A stretch of DNA of 64,000 nucleotides, from the NCBI GenBank assembly GCA_016735395.1, contig JAERRO010000010.1:138-64137 (forward strand), written 5' to 3'. Below the pieces are notes generated by a model that saw nothing but the letters and a program-made list of their open reading frames with translations, was not told the DNA's origin and made no database searches. This DNA is from Alphaproteobacteria bacterium. GTDB taxonomy: Bacteria > Pseudomonadota > Alphaproteobacteria > Rs-D84 > JAERRO01. The position numbers and the translations under genes are program-made. This document shows positions 19,435 through 30,123 of the stretch, piece after piece (the first letter of the stretch is position 1; every line of letters starts with the position of its first letter).

Positions 19435-19508
19435 GGCCGGTTGGCAGAGTGGCTATGCAGAGGACTGCAAATCCTTTCACATCGATTCGAATTCGGTACC
19501 GGCCTCCA
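19435..19508 (+). tRNA. tRNA-Cys (anticodon GCA)
   Basis: Acceptor GGCCGGT/ACCGGCC. Anticodon stem GAGGA/TCCTT with loop CTGCAAA (GCA). T-arm ATCGA-TTCGAAT-TCGGT. Discriminator T plus CCA. Confidence 0.85.
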
Positions 19509-19534
19509 TTTTTTCTTGTAAATGTTTCTGCTTT

Positions 19535-22030
19535 TTATATGGCTTTTAGCCATTTGCTTATTGTGGTTTTATCTATATCTTTGGTTGCAATTGATGTCTC
19601 TTCTAGATCTAACCATTTGGAGTGAGATAACTTGTTTTCAGTTCTATAACTTCTTATCTCTTTTAATAACTCTATTAAAGTTTCTACTGTTTTAACTTCT
19701 TCGTTATTTAAACTTGTATCTTGTGAAAGTTGAATATAACTAGTTTTATGTATAGATGATTTTTCTTCTAGTTTTGAATAGATTAACTGGTATATATACT
19801 CTGTTATAAATGGTAAAATTGGGGCATACATATTTAATATCTGCCTCATTATATATATCAAAACCTTACGAGTTTCTAGTTTTTCTTCTTCGCTAGATGA
19901 TAACTCTTTTGCAAAAATGTTCTTTGCAACTTCTAAATATATATCACTCCAACTATTCCAGAAAAAATCGTCAACTATTTTTCGAGCCATAAAGAAGTCT
20001 CGATTTTCGAATGCTTTTGAGGATTTTTTAACCGCTTCGTAACACTTCGATAATATCCACTTGTTCTGTAAAAATTTAGGTTCCATAGACTTTATGTCTT
20101 GAAATTCTTCAGTGGTGTAGAATGATTTTTGCATCATCAATATAAACCTAGAACTATTCCACAACTTCACTACAGTCTTTCGACCCATCTTCATCTCTTT
20201 CTCACTATACAATAAATCGTTTCCTAGCTGATTGCTAGATGCCCAAAATCTAATAGAATCGGCTCCTAGTTTTTCTACCACAGACTCCGTATAATATTTG
20301 TTATATCCCGTCTCTTTGTCTGTCCATTTCTCTATGTCTCGCTTTGATATCTTCTTGCCGTTTTCGTCTAGACCCATACCAGATATATACACCTCTTTAA
20401 AGGGAAGGCTCTTTGTATGCAACATTGACTTCAATATAGTATAATATAACCATGTTCTAATTATATCTCTGCCTTGAGGACGGAGGCTCATAGGGTATAG
20501 CCCTTTTTTTACATTCTCTTTGAAACTACAGCCCGAATAATGATCATCAAAGTTTACCCAGTTGCTATTTATTAGTGGACTACAACTAGAGGTCATCCAT
20601 GTGTCTAACACATCTTTCTCGCCTACCCACTTTTTACCTCCACATTTAGAACAAATCTCTAGTGGACACTTCTCTAAACTTGGATCTACAGGTAGAAATC
20701 TCTCTTCTGCTACATACTTCATATCGCAATTAACACAATACCATACGGGAATCGGAACCCCATATGATCGCTGTCTTGAAATTACCCAATCAAATGACAA
20801 CCCTTTTATCCAATCATCAAGGCGGTTTTTCATCTTCGCTGGAAATACTTCTAATAATGTCGACTCCGCTAATAAATCTTCTTTTAAGGTTGTTTGCTTT
20901 ATAGACCACTGCGGTTTTAATATATACTCAACTGGTCGTCTGGATCTTTCGTGCATAGACACCATATGCTTTATTTTCTTTTGTCCTTTTATTCTTCCCT
21001 CTTCTTCTAATGCTCCGACTATTTTTTTTCTGGACTCTATAATCGGTAGTCCCACAAAGTCCATAGCATTTTCGTTTAGCCTCCCATTACTGTCAATTAC
21101 AGTTATTGTTTCTAAATCGTCCCTCTTCCATCTTCTAACATCTTCACTATCTCCAAAGGTGCAGACCATCATTAGACCACTACCAAAATCTATATCTACT
21201 TCTTCATCATATCTAACTTTTACTTTCCGTCCTCCAGTTAACGGGACTTCTATTTCTTCATCTTTTAGATGACTGTATCTATCATCTTTTGGATTAGCAT
21301 ACAGACTAACACAACCGAAAATTAACTCGGGCCTTGTTGTAGATATAACCAAACCACTATCTAAATTTTTTCTGTTAGAAAAATCAATGTCATATAGAAT
21401 GCTTTTTTGTTCTTCTACCTCTAACTCCGACTGCGATATAGCACTCTCAAACTTCGTGTCCCATAGACTAGGATAATTGATTTTTTCTAAATGACCGCTA
21501 TCATACAATAATCTAAACGACTTTTGTGATGTAGCACTAGATAACTTGTCTATAGTTGTATACCTCAATGAAAAATCCGTAGATAATCCTATTTTTTTAA
21601 ACAAGCCCTCAAAACTACTAGCCATCTTTTGAGTGTCTGCTATACACAACTCTTTGAACTTCTTCCTGCCGATAGTCTTCTCACTGACACCATACTGCTT
21701 CTCTATATACACTTCTGTCGGTAATCCGTTATCATCCCAACCTGCTGGATAAAATACATTCTTATTGTTCATTCGCTCATATCTAGCTATAAAATCCGCC
21801 TGTGTATACGACGATACATGACCTATATGCATATTCTTCGCATTCGCATACGGTGGAGGTGTGTCCATAGAAAAAATCTCTTTAGAAATAGCATCTTTGG
21901 AGTAGGCATAAATATTTTCGCTTGTCCATAACATAGACATCTCGCTCTCATACTCAACGACTTCCGGTAATTTCTCAAACCGATCTAATATAACTTCTAA
22001 CTGATTTTTCATAATTATCATATATACCAA
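19535..22030 (-). CDS. valS: Valyl-tRNA synthetase (archaeal/rickettsial-type short form)
   Basis: Class I HIGH region 'PPPYANAKNMHIGHVSSY' and a KMSKS-like 'KISKR' motif, with editing and anticodon-binding regions. 831 aa. The architecture resembles the archaeal-type ValRS known from Rickettsia. Confidence 0.9.
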   Translation of the reverse strand: MVYMIIMKNQLEVILDRFEKLPEVVEYESEMSMLWTSENIYAYSKDAISKEIFSMDTPPPYANAKNMHIGHVSSYTQADFIARYERMNNKNVFYPAGWDDNGLPTEVYIEKQYGVSEKTIGRKKFKELCIADTQKMASSFEGLFKKIGLSTDFSLRYTTIDKLSSATSQKSFRLLYDSGHLEKINYPSLWDTKFESAISQSELEVEEQKSILYDIDFSNRKNLDSGLVISTTRPELIFGCVSLYANPKDDRYSHLKDEEIEVPLTGGRKVKVRYDEEVDIDFGSGLMMVCTFGDSEDVRRWKRDDLETITVIDSNGRLNENAMDFVGLPIIESRKKIVGALEEEGRIKGQKKIKHMVSMHERSRRPVEYILKPQWSIKQTTLKEDLLAESTLLEVFPAKMKNRLDDWIKGLSFDWVISRQRSYGVPIPVWYCVNCDMKYVAEERFLPVDPSLEKCPLEICSKCGGKKWVGEKDVLDTWMTSSCSPLINSNWVNFDDHYSGCSFKENVKKGLYPMSLRPQGRDIIRTWLYYTILKSMLHTKSLPFKEVYISGMGLDENGKKISKRDIEKWTDKETGYNKYYTESVVEKLGADSIRFWASSNQLGNDLLYSEKEMKMGRKTVVKLWNSSRFILMMQKSFYTTEEFQDIKSMEPKFLQNKWILSKCYEAVKKSSKAFENRDFFMARKIVDDFFWNSWSDIYLEVAKNIFAKELSSSEEEKLETRKVLIYIMRQILNMYAPILPFITEYIYQLIYSKLEEKSSIHKTSYIQLSQDTSLNNEEVKTVETLIELLKEIRSYRTENKLSHSKWLDLEETSIATKDIDKTTISKWLKAI

Positions 22031-22101
22031 TTTTGACGGAAAATCAAGTATTGTATTTTTCTTATCTATAGTATATAATCTTCGAATTAAAAGGACTTTT
22101 T

Positions 22102-24168
22102 ATGAATAAAAATGAAACTAGTAATAGTAATCATAAAGTTAACACTATAAATGAATCTAATAGTAGCTCTAGTCGTAAATGGGTCATCATAGTTATAATT
22201 TCTTTCCTGTCTCTAATTATCTGGACTTTAGTCGGAGATCACTCTAATAATAAACCTGCTATCTCTCTTTTTAACAGAGAAGGTAGTAATCAACAATCTG
22301 TAGAAGATAAGCCCGTAGGAAAAGGAATATTTAACCTGCAAAATAGAAATTCTGCGAAAGAAGATAAGAAGGCTATAGAAAATTTATCCTTCTCGCAATT
22401 TATAAAACTCGTAGAACAAAATAAAATTCAATCTATCAAAATTTCTAAAGAACAAGAATACTCAAACGGAATTTTGACTGACGGTTCAAAATTTAAAACT
22501 ATAGTTATTCCTAGTAACGATTTAATATTTAGACTTAATAAAGCTGGTATAGATGTCGCTGTAAAAGAACCTAAACTTAAAGTAGGTTCTATGATTATAA
22601 ATATACTTACTTTTATGTTTATGATGCTTATGGTAATTTGGCTATTTAAACTTCTTAAAGGAGCTAAATCTAGAAAGGGAACTGGAGGTATAGGTGGCAG
22701 TATGATGGAATCTCTTGGAGGTAAATTCTCTCCTGCAATAATTAAAGACAAAAAAACTTTTAAAGATGTCGTCGGTATTCCCGAAGCTATCGAAGAAGTA
22801 GAAGAGATAGTAGACTTCCTGCAAAATAGTGAAAAGTTCTCTAGACTAGGAGCTAGAATTCCTAAAGGTATTCTATTTTCAGGACTACCTGGTACAGGAA
22901 AAACACTATTGGCTAGAGCTATAGCCGGAGAGGCAAAAGTCCCTTTCTTCTCTGCGACGGGATCAGAATTTAACGGGATGATCGTAGGGCTAGGTGTTTC
23001 TAGAATAAAAACTTTGTTCGCAACCGCTAGAAAGTCTTCGCCTTGTTTAATCTTTATAGATGAAATAGATGCTATAGGACAACAACGGGGTAGGGGAACT
23101 ATGTCCTCAGATATGGATAGAGAGGCAACTCTTAATCAACTGTTAGCCGAACTAGACGGGTTCGATACAGAAAGTGGAGTGATTTTAATAGGAGCAACAA
23201 ATCGACCGGAAATTCTAGATAAAGCCCTTTTACGACCTGGTAGATTCGATCGTCAGGTTTATATAGATCTACCAAAAATGATCGGTAGAAAAGAAATTAT
23301 AGAACTGTATGCAAAAAAACTCAAGATAGATAAGTCTGTGGATTTAGGACGGTTAGCTAAAATTACTACAGGATTTTCAGGTGCCGAAATAGAAAATGTA
23401 CTAAACGAGGCAGCGATAATCGGTTCTAGAGAAAATAACAAATTCATAGTCGAAGAAAATATAGAATCTGCTTTCGATAAAATCGTTATGGGACACGAAA
23501 GAAAAAATAAAACTCATAAAGAAGATATACCTCTAATTGCATATCACGAGGCAGGACACGCACTGACACATATATTACTAGAAAAAGAGGGCATAGATCC
23601 TATTCATAAAGTAACTATTCTTCAAAGAGGAAGAGCCCTTGGTTTCGTAAGTTCTAGACCAGATCGTGATAAAGTTTCTCTGCCCATAAAACAGGTTAAA
23701 GCAGAATTGGTTTCTATACTTTCTGGACGAGTAGCGGAAGAAATTATCTTCGGTAAAGATGCAATCACTACAGGTGCTAGCTCCGATATTCAAATGGCTT
23801 CTAATCTCGCTCGTAGAGCCGTAACAGAATGGGGGTTTAGTAAAAAAGTCGGTATGATAAATGTTATGCATAGAGATCACTACGGACAACTTATCTACCC
23901 GTTATCTAACGATATGCTGAAAAAAGTTGACTCCGAAGTCGATGCTATCATCGATACCGCATACAAAAAGTCTACACAACTTTTGACAAAGAATAAAGTT
24001 AAACTAAAATTACTCGCGGACTCTCTCCTTAAACACGAGACTCTCTCAGGAGACGAAGTAAGTAAAATTTTAAAAAGTGGAAAAATTCCGCCCGTGAAGA
24101 TTTCTAAAGCAGTCAAAATTAAAGTTGTTAAGCAAAAGAAAAAACCTTCTATGCCATCTTCCCCTTAA
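22102..24168 (+). CDS. ftsH: ATP-dependent zinc metalloprotease FtsH
   Basis: AAA+ Walker A 'GLPGTGKT', SRH region, and zinc-binding 'HEAGHAL'. N-terminal TM segments. 688 aa. Confidence 0.9.
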   Translation: MNKNETSNSNHKVNTINESNSSSSRKWVIIVIISFLSLIIWTLVGDHSNNKPAISLFNREGSNQQSVEDKPVGKGIFNLQNRNSAKEDKKAIENLSFSQFIKLVEQNKIQSIKISKEQEYSNGILTDGSKFKTIVIPSNDLIFRLNKAGIDVAVKEPKLKVGSMIINILTFMFMMLMVIWLFKLLKGAKSRKGTGGIGGSMMESLGGKFSPAIIKDKKTFKDVVGIPEAIEEVEEIVDFLQNSEKFSRLGARIPKGILFSGLPGTGKTLLARAIAGEAKVPFFSATGSEFNGMIVGLGVSRIKTLFATARKSSPCLIFIDEIDAIGQQRGRGTMSSDMDREATLNQLLAELDGFDTESGVILIGATNRPEILDKALLRPGRFDRQVYIDLPKMIGRKEIIELYAKKLKIDKSVDLGRLAKITTGFSGAEIENVLNEAAIIGSRENNKFIVEENIESAFDKIVMGHERKNKTHKEDIPLIAYHEAGHALTHILLEKEGIDPIHKVTILQRGRALGFVSSRPDRDKVSLPIKQVKAELVSILSGRVAEEIIFGKDAITTGASSDIQMASNLARRAVTEWGFSKKVGMINVMHRDHYGQLIYPLSNDMLKKVDSEVDAIIDTAYKKSTQLLTKNKVKLKLLADSLLKHETLSGDEVSKILKSGKIPPVKISKAVKIKVVKQKKKPSMPSSP

Positions 24169-24183
24169 TCGTAAGGTAAAAAA

Positions 24184-25197
24184 ATGATAGAAAAGACCGT
24201 GATTTCTTCAATTTTAACAGGGATAAAACCTTCAGGCGACCTCCACATAGGAAACTATGTCGGGGCAATAAAACCGATGTTAGATCTATTTGAGAAGACA
24301 GAACGATCCTTTTTATTTGTAGCGAATGCTCATAGTTTAAACGGGCTACCTCCTCTAGGTAATATCAAAAAACAGACTATACAACAAGTCGCTAGCTACA
24401 TAGCTCTAGGTGTCGATCCAGAGAAAACACATATATATCTGCAATCTGATATACCAGAAGTTTTTGAATTAAACACAATTTTGTCCGCCGTAACTCCTAA
24501 ATCTTGGATGAACAAAGCTCATGCCTATAAAGATTCTGTGTCGAAAAATATAGAAAATAAAAAAGATGTCGACGAAAATGTAAATATGGGATTATACACT
24601 TATCCTATACTGATGGCATCAGATATTTTAGCAATAGGTGCTAGTCATATTCCTGTAGGGGAAGATCAAATTCAACATATAGAAATTACTAGAGACATAG
24701 CCGACCGTTTTAACCACTATGTTCAAAGAGATATATTAGCCACTCCAGAATATATTACGACCGAAAATCAAAATACTATTGTCGGTATAGACGGTAGAAA
24801 AATGAGTAAATCTTATAACAATGTTATCCCACTTATGACCTCTATAGAAGAGAGGACTAAAGCCGTTATGAAAATTACTACAGATTCTAAAGGTATCGAC
24901 GATCCTAAAGATATAGAAAATTCTACCATTTTTAAAATACTCGATTGTTTTCCACAATCTAGTCGACACAACATAGAAGAATTTAAAAATAATTTTGCCG
25001 TCGGTGGAATAGGATACGGACAAGCAAAACAAATTCTAGCAGATACTCTAAATGAATATTTTAATCCTGCTTTCGAACGATATCAAAAGTTGATGCAAAA
25101 TTCTGATGAAATTGAAAGAATTTTAGCAGATGGATCTACCGCCGTTAGAAAAATTGCTAGAGAAAAACTTATCAAAATTAAAGAAAATATTTACTAA
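24184..25197 (+). CDS. trpS: Tryptophanyl-tRNA synthetase
   Basis: 'GIKPSGDLHIGNYVGAI' (HIGH) and 'KMSKS'. 337 aa. Confidence 0.85.
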   Translation: MIEKTVISSILTGIKPSGDLHIGNYVGAIKPMLDLFEKTERSFLFVANAHSLNGLPPLGNIKKQTIQQVASYIALGVDPEKTHIYLQSDIPEVFELNTILSAVTPKSWMNKAHAYKDSVSKNIENKKDVDENVNMGLYTYPILMASDILAIGASHIPVGEDQIQHIEITRDIADRFNHYVQRDILATPEYITTENQNTIVGIDGRKMSKSYNNVIPLMTSIEERTKAVMKITTDSKGIDDPKDIENSTIFKILDCFPQSSRHNIEEFKNNFAVGGIGYGQAKQILADTLNEYFNPAFERYQKLMQNSDEIERILADGSTAVRKIAREKLIKIKENIY

Positions 25198-25202
25198 ATT
25201 TG

Positions 25203-25862
25203 TTATTTTTTAGTCTCGTTTTCTACCGCTTCACATTTACTAGACAAAGGGCAATTAAAACAGTCAGGCTTTTTCGCTTTGCATACATATCTTCCAAAAT
25301 GTACTATGTCTCTATTTGCAATAGAATGTAATTTTTTCGGAAGAACTTTAACTAGCTCTTTTTCTAATTTATTAGGATCTTTGATGGACTTATCTACCCA
25401 GCCAAATCTATGACTTAACCTTAATATATGAGTGTCAACTCCTATTAAAGGCTCTCCGTGTAATATATTTAAAATGACATTAGCAGTTTTAGGTCCTATC
25501 CCGGCTAACGATTCTAGTGCCTTTTTGTCTTTAGGTAAGATGCCGTCATATTCTTTTATCAATCTTTCAGATAGTAGTAAAATGTTTCTCGTCTTATTGT
25601 TAAAGAATGTAACACTCTTTATCATATCCTTTAATTTCTCTTCGCCCAATTTTATCATCTTTTCAGGACTGTCCGCTAACTTAAACAGAGGAGGGACAAC
25701 TATGTTTATCCTTTTATCCGTACATTGAGCAGACAATAATACACTGATAGCCAAAGTAAACGGGGTAGTATAGAATAATTCCGTCCCTGGATAATTCTGT
25801 GTCCTGCTAAATTTAAAAAAATCTTCGACGGTTAATAACTGTTTCATATAATATAATATCAC
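25203..25862 (-). CDS. nth: Endonuclease III (DNA glycosylase/AP lyase)
   Basis: HhH-GPD region and a C-terminal 4Fe-4S cluster 'CKAKKPDCFNCPLSSKC'. Confidence 0.85.
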   Translation of the reverse strand: MILYYMKQLLTVEDFFKFSRTQNYPGTELFYTTPFTLAISVLLSAQCTDKRINIVVPPLFKLADSPEKMIKLGEEKLKDMIKSVTFFNNKTRNILLLSERLIKEYDGILPKDKKALESLAGIGPKTANVILNILHGEPLIGVDTHILRLSHRFGWVDKSIKDPNKLEKELVKVLPKKLHSIANRDIVHFGRYVCKAKKPDCFNCPLSSKCEAVENETKK

Positions 25863-26083
25863 TCAAATGTATTTTTACAACTCCCTTATAGACATACTTC
25901 AGAATAATTTTGGGTTTTATGTAGTCGCTTTAAAATAGAATTATTTTAGTTTTTCAACTAAAGGTTTTAATAGAAACTCTAATGAAAGTATAAATATAAA
26001 TCATAAAATTAACTTTTATAGAATATATATAGCTTCGTTTTATACTATATTTCGAACAATGTCAGTAGACAAGGAGCCCTTTT

Positions 26084-26455
26084 ATGAATGCGACAACGGA
26101 GTTTAACGAATTAGAATATAAAAAATTTAATTCTGCAGAGAACTTATGGTTTTGGTACTGTAAATCTTCTTCTATTAGTAAAACTATTTCCGTTAATAAA
26201 AATCTGGGAGAGCCTAGAGTCTGTACAGTGCAAGATGTGTCTAATTGTGTCGCAACCATATATCTAGCCAACTTAATCTCGAAAAAACATCTGCAGGTAC
26301 TCAAATTCTACGGGGATAAACAAGTTCCGCCAGATCGTAGAGTCGATCCTGATGACTCTTTACTTTGGACAAAAAGTCTATTACAATTAAAAATAGTCTT
26401 TAAAAGTCGTAAATTTATAGGAGATGATGATGCGGAGGACTCCGAATTTTGTTAA
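26084..26455 (+). CDS. Hypothetical 123-aa protein
   Basis: ORF only. Divergent from nth. No recognisable motif. Confidence 0.25.
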   Translation: MNATTEFNELEYKKFNSAENLWFWYCKSSSISKTISVNKNLGEPRVCTVQDVSNCVATIYLANLISKKHLQVLKFYGDKQVPPDRRVDPDDSLLWTKSLLQLKIVFKSRKFIGDDDAEDSEFC

Positions 26456-27119
26456 AAGTTTCTCTAAAGTTCCTCTTATCGAGGCTATAGCACTGTTTAT
26501 ATATATGTGGACCGTTAGGTTAACCTCGAGGACTCGGTTTGAAAATGATGCAGATTTTGTAAAAGATCTAAAAGACGAAAAACCTATTATCTGTGTTTTT
26601 TTCCACAGTAGAATTCTTATGACACCTTTGTCTATGACTAGAAAATATAAAATAAAAAATCTCTTTGCTCTAGTTTCAAAAAATCGGAGTGCAGTCACTA
26701 TCGCGAGAATCTGCAAATGGGTAGGGGCAAAAATAATATACGGATCTTCAGACAAAAATATCGTTGGAGAAAAATCTTTTACCTCTTTAAGACAATCTAT
26801 CAGAGTGTTAAAAGATAAAGGAGTCCTCTTTATAGCCGGCGATGGCCCTGTAGGCCCTCCTTTTGAACTCAAAGAGGGAGCCTTCTATTTAGCGAAGAAG
26901 ACAAATTCCGTCGTCTACCCTATTGTAATCTCTGCAAACAATAAGTTAACTTTAAAGAAGACATGGGATAAGACTGTTTTGATTCTACCGTTCTCTAAAA
27001 TCCGTTTTAAATTTTTAGATAAAATCGATTTCTCTAATGTCGATAAGAAAAAAACGATCTCTGAAATTGCTAAAGAGACTAGTAGAAAAATGAAAATAGA
27101 ACAAGACAAAATAGACTAA
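26424..27119 (+). CDS. DUF374-family (lysophospholipid acyltransferase-like) protein
   Basis: 'VFFHSRILM' resembles the DUF374 'FWHGR' motif. It lies immediately upstream of lpxK, where DUF374 genes commonly sit. Confidence 0.55.
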   Translation: MMMRRTPNFVKSFSKVPLIEAIALFIYMWTVRLTSRTRFENDADFVKDLKDEKPIICVFFHSRILMTPLSMTRKYKIKNLFALVSKNRSAVTIARICKWVGAKIIYGSSDKNIVGEKSFTSLRQSIRVLKDKGVLFIAGDGPVGPPFELKEGAFYLAKKTNSVVYPIVISANNKLTLKKTWDKTVLILPFSKIRFKFLDKIDFSNVDKKKTISEIAKETSRKMKIEQDKID

Positions 27120-27120
27120 T

Positions 27121-28062
27121 ATGTATATTAAAACTCCTAATTTTTGGTGCCATAGATCTTTAATATCTCTATTATTATTTCCCGCTTCTATCATATATAC
27201 AGTTGCATCTAAAGTCCACTTTTTATATAGATCTAAAAATCAGAAGACACTAGATCGCCCTAGCTTTTGTATCGGAAATATAACTTCGGGCGGAGTAGGT
27301 AAAACCCCCGTAGTACAAGCCGTCGCAGAATATATTCCTAACTCTATAGTCGTCATAAAACAGCCTAGATTGAAAACTAAATGGAGAACCGTATCAGGTA
27401 ATACACAATGTGGAGCAGGTGATGACGAAGCAATAATGTTGTCTAGATATGTCAAGGTCATTCAAGTGAAAAGTAGAAAATTTATACCAGAGAAACTAAT
27501 GCCATCAGCCTGGATATTTGACGACGGATTTCAAGATCCGTCAATATTATATACTAGATCTTTTCTAGTGTTTAATAACAAAATTGGACTAGGAAACGGT
27601 CTAGTTTTTCCTGCTGGTCCTTTAAGAGAAAAATTTAAGCCCGCCATAAAAAGAACCGCCGGAATTATTCTAAATGGGACAAAACAAAAAGTACTATTTA
27701 ATGATATCAATATCCCTATATTTAAAGCGAAAAGAATTGTAATTATTCCTGAAAATTTGAAGACAGAGAAGATCAATGTTTTTTCCGGAATAGCATTTCC
27801 TAAACAATTTTTTGATGCCGTCGAAGAACAAGTAGCATCTATAAATCTTAAAAAAGAATTTCCAGATCATCATCTCTTTAAAGAAAAAGAATTAGAAGAA
27901 TTTATTAACTCAAAATATAAAACTATTACTACAGAAAAAGACTGGGTTAGACTAAAATATAAGTACAAAAAAATCTTTGTGCATAGTAAATTAAAATCTG
28001 ATTTAGATGAAAAGTTCTATCGTTATATAGACTCCGTGCTAAAAGAAAAAATGCCGTTATGA
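27121..28062 (+). CDS. lpxK: Tetraacyldisaccharide 4'-kinase
   Basis: 'FCIGNITSGGVGKTP' is a P-loop typical of LpxK. 313 aa. Confidence 0.75.
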   Translation: MYIKTPNFWCHRSLISLLLFPASIIYTVASKVHFLYRSKNQKTLDRPSFCIGNITSGGVGKTPVVQAVAEYIPNSIVVIKQPRLKTKWRTVSGNTQCGAGDDEAIMLSRYVKVIQVKSRKFIPEKLMPSAWIFDDGFQDPSILYTRSFLVFNNKIGLGNGLVFPAGPLREKFKPAIKRTAGIILNGTKQKVLFNDINIPIFKAKRIVIIPENLKTEKINVFSGIAFPKQFFDAVEEQVASINLKKEFPDHHLFKEKELEEFINSKYKTITTEKDWVRLKYKYKKIFVHSKLKSDLDEKFYRYIDSVLKEKMPL

Positions 28063-29162
28063 ATATAATTTTGATTCTTATAGTTATTTGGGTTGCAGTA
28101 GCAAAAGGCTTTTTATTGCATAAAATCGCCGTAATTTTGATTCTAACTCAACTTTTGTCATTATATTTCGTAGACATACAATACATACTAATAATAGATT
28201 TACTACTGCTCGGATTAGTAATATTTGCCCCTTCAAAAGTTCAAGAATATCATATCAGATCTCCCTATAATAAATGGGTAAAACATCCTCTGGAAAAAAT
28301 TATCGTAGATATTTTGTCCTTGTCTTTAAAAATTTTACCCGTGCAACAGGCATCAAATTTAGGAGGGTGGTTGATTGTTAAAATTTCTCCATTTTTAAAG
28401 GGGCATAAGACAGCACTAAAAAATATAGAGCTGGCTATGCCAAATTTGAAAGATAAGAATAATGTCGTTAAACAATCTTGGGAAAATCTAGGGCGATCGT
28501 TCTTCGAAACTTTTTATCTGAACTCCATAAATAAAAAGTTCGAAAAATACATTGATGTCGTCGTCGATAAAAATACAAAAGAATTTTTAAAACAAAATCG
28601 TCCTGCAATTTTTATCAATATCCATTATGGATCTATAGGTATCCAAAGTATAGCCTCCTATAATATGGGACTCAGAAATTGTGGGGTGGTTTTTAGATTT
28701 CCTAATAATCCGCTTATGATAGAACTAAATAAAAGAACTTTTGCAGGGCAACTAAAACATATGCATTTTATCCCTAAAGGACAACCGCGAGATATAATTC
28801 TGTGGTTGAAACATAAACGACCTGTTTCAATTACAGTAGATGTCCCTTTTGCACAGGGGCAAGAACTGCAATTTTTCGGAAAACCCGCTATGACTTCTAC
28901 TTCGATAATCCAATTAGCCGTAAAATATAATCTGCCTCTAATTTTAGTCTACACCAGAAGAACATCTTCTAGAAAGATGAAGTTTGTTTCTACTTTTGAA
29001 CCGCCATTTTTTATCAAAAAACCTGACAATCTAGATAATACTCAAAGTACAGAATTCGATAGATCTGCTATGCAAAAAATAAACGATAAAATTGAAAAAA
29101 TTATTAAACTTCATCCAGAACAATGGATGTGGATGCAACAGAGATGGAAAAAGGTAAAATAG
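28059..29162 (+). CDS. Lipid A biosynthesis (lauroyl/myristoyl) acyltransferase-like protein (LpxL/HtrB family)
   Basis: N-terminal TM segments plus a lysophospholipid-acyltransferase-like body. 4-nt ATGA overlap with lpxK. It lies between lpxK and lpxC. The family assignment is by context and overall architecture. Confidence 0.5.
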   Translation: MNIILILIVIWVAVAKGFLLHKIAVILILTQLLSLYFVDIQYILIIDLLLLGLVIFAPSKVQEYHIRSPYNKWVKHPLEKIIVDILSLSLKILPVQQASNLGGWLIVKISPFLKGHKTALKNIELAMPNLKDKNNVVKQSWENLGRSFFETFYLNSINKKFEKYIDVVVDKNTKEFLKQNRPAIFINIHYGSIGIQSIASYNMGLRNCGVVFRFPNNPLMIELNKRTFAGQLKHMHFIPKGQPRDIILWLKHKRPVSITVDVPFAQGQELQFFGKPAMTSTSIIQLAVKYNLPLILVYTRRTSSRKMKFVSTFEPPFFIKKPDNLDNTQSTEFDRSAMQKINDKIEKIIKLHPEQWMWMQQRWKKVK

Positions 29163-29170
29163 GAAATTCT

Positions 29171-30049
29171 ATGAAACAAAAAACTATAAAGAGTGAAATG
29201 ACTTTCAAGGGTGTAGGTATCCATAACGGAATCGATACTACCGTAAAATGTATTCCAGAAAAGGCTAATACCGGCATTTATTTCGTTAGAACAGATCTAG
29301 ATAAAAGTTTTAAAATTCCTGCCACCTGGGATAATGTGGGTACAACTAAATTTAGAAATACTACTATAGGTCAAGTAGATGGCCCTCACATTCAGACCGT
29401 AGAACATTTTATGGCTTCGCTCTATATCAACGGAATAACAAATTTGAGAATAGAAATTGATAGAGATGAGTTTCCGATTTTGGACGGTTCTATCTATACT
29501 TTTTTGAAAAAAATTGACAGCATAGGTATCGTTCAACAGACCGAAAATAGAAAAATTTTACGGGTTCTAAAAGAGGTAAAAGTAGACGAAGAAAACGGTG
29601 TTTTTGCCTCTTTTTTGCCTTCGTCATATAAAGATAATCTTACGATAACGAACGAAATCGTCTACGACAAATTCTCTATAATAGGCAAACAATCTTTTTC
29701 TCTAAAAATAGATTTAAACTCTGTAAAAGAAAATGTTCAGAAAGCTAGAACTTTCGGACATATAGATGAACACGAATATTTAAAACAAAATAATATGGCA
29801 AAAGGGTGCTCGCTAGATAATGTAATAGTGATAAATAAAGACGGCGACGGAATTATAAACAGAGACGGACTTCACTATGATAAAGAATTTGTAAAACATA
29901 AAATTATCGACTCCATAGGGGACATAGCTCTCTGCGGGTATTTCATAATTGCTGACTTCTATTCTTATAAGGGTGGACATTCTACTAATAATAAACTTCT
30001 AAAGAAATTATTCGAAGATCCGACTAACTTTGTTATTACCGATAAATAG
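29171..30049 (+). CDS. lpxC: UDP-3-O-acyl-N-acetylglucosamine deacetylase
   Basis: 'TFKGVGIHNG', 'HIQTVEHFMASL', 'HYDKEFVKHKIIDSIGD'. The ATG at 29171 is the preferred start. The tracked ORF from 29123 overlaps the upstream gene. Confidence 0.85.
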   Translation: MKQKTIKSEMTFKGVGIHNGIDTTVKCIPEKANTGIYFVRTDLDKSFKIPATWDNVGTTKFRNTTIGQVDGPHIQTVEHFMASLYINGITNLRIEIDRDEFPILDGSIYTFLKKIDSIGIVQQTENRKILRVLKEVKVDEENGVFASFLPSSYKDNLTITNEIVYDKFSIIGKQSFSLKIDLNSVKENVQKARTFGHIDEHEYLKQNNMAKGCSLDNVIVINKDGDGIINRDGLHYDKEFVKHKIIDSIGDIALCGYFIIADFYSYKGGHSTNNKLLKKLFEDPTNFVITDK

Positions 30050-30123
30050 GCTCTTAATATATTGACAGATAAAAAGTATAGTATATAGTATTTCTATCTG
30101 CAATAAATAAAAAGGGACTCCGT

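Noticed and set aside
20562-21272. 236-aa ORF antisense to valS
   Set aside because: It is entirely embedded in, and opposite to, a well-supported ValRS gene. Its Ser/Phe/Ile-rich low-complexity translation is typical of antisense reading of AT-rich coding DNA.
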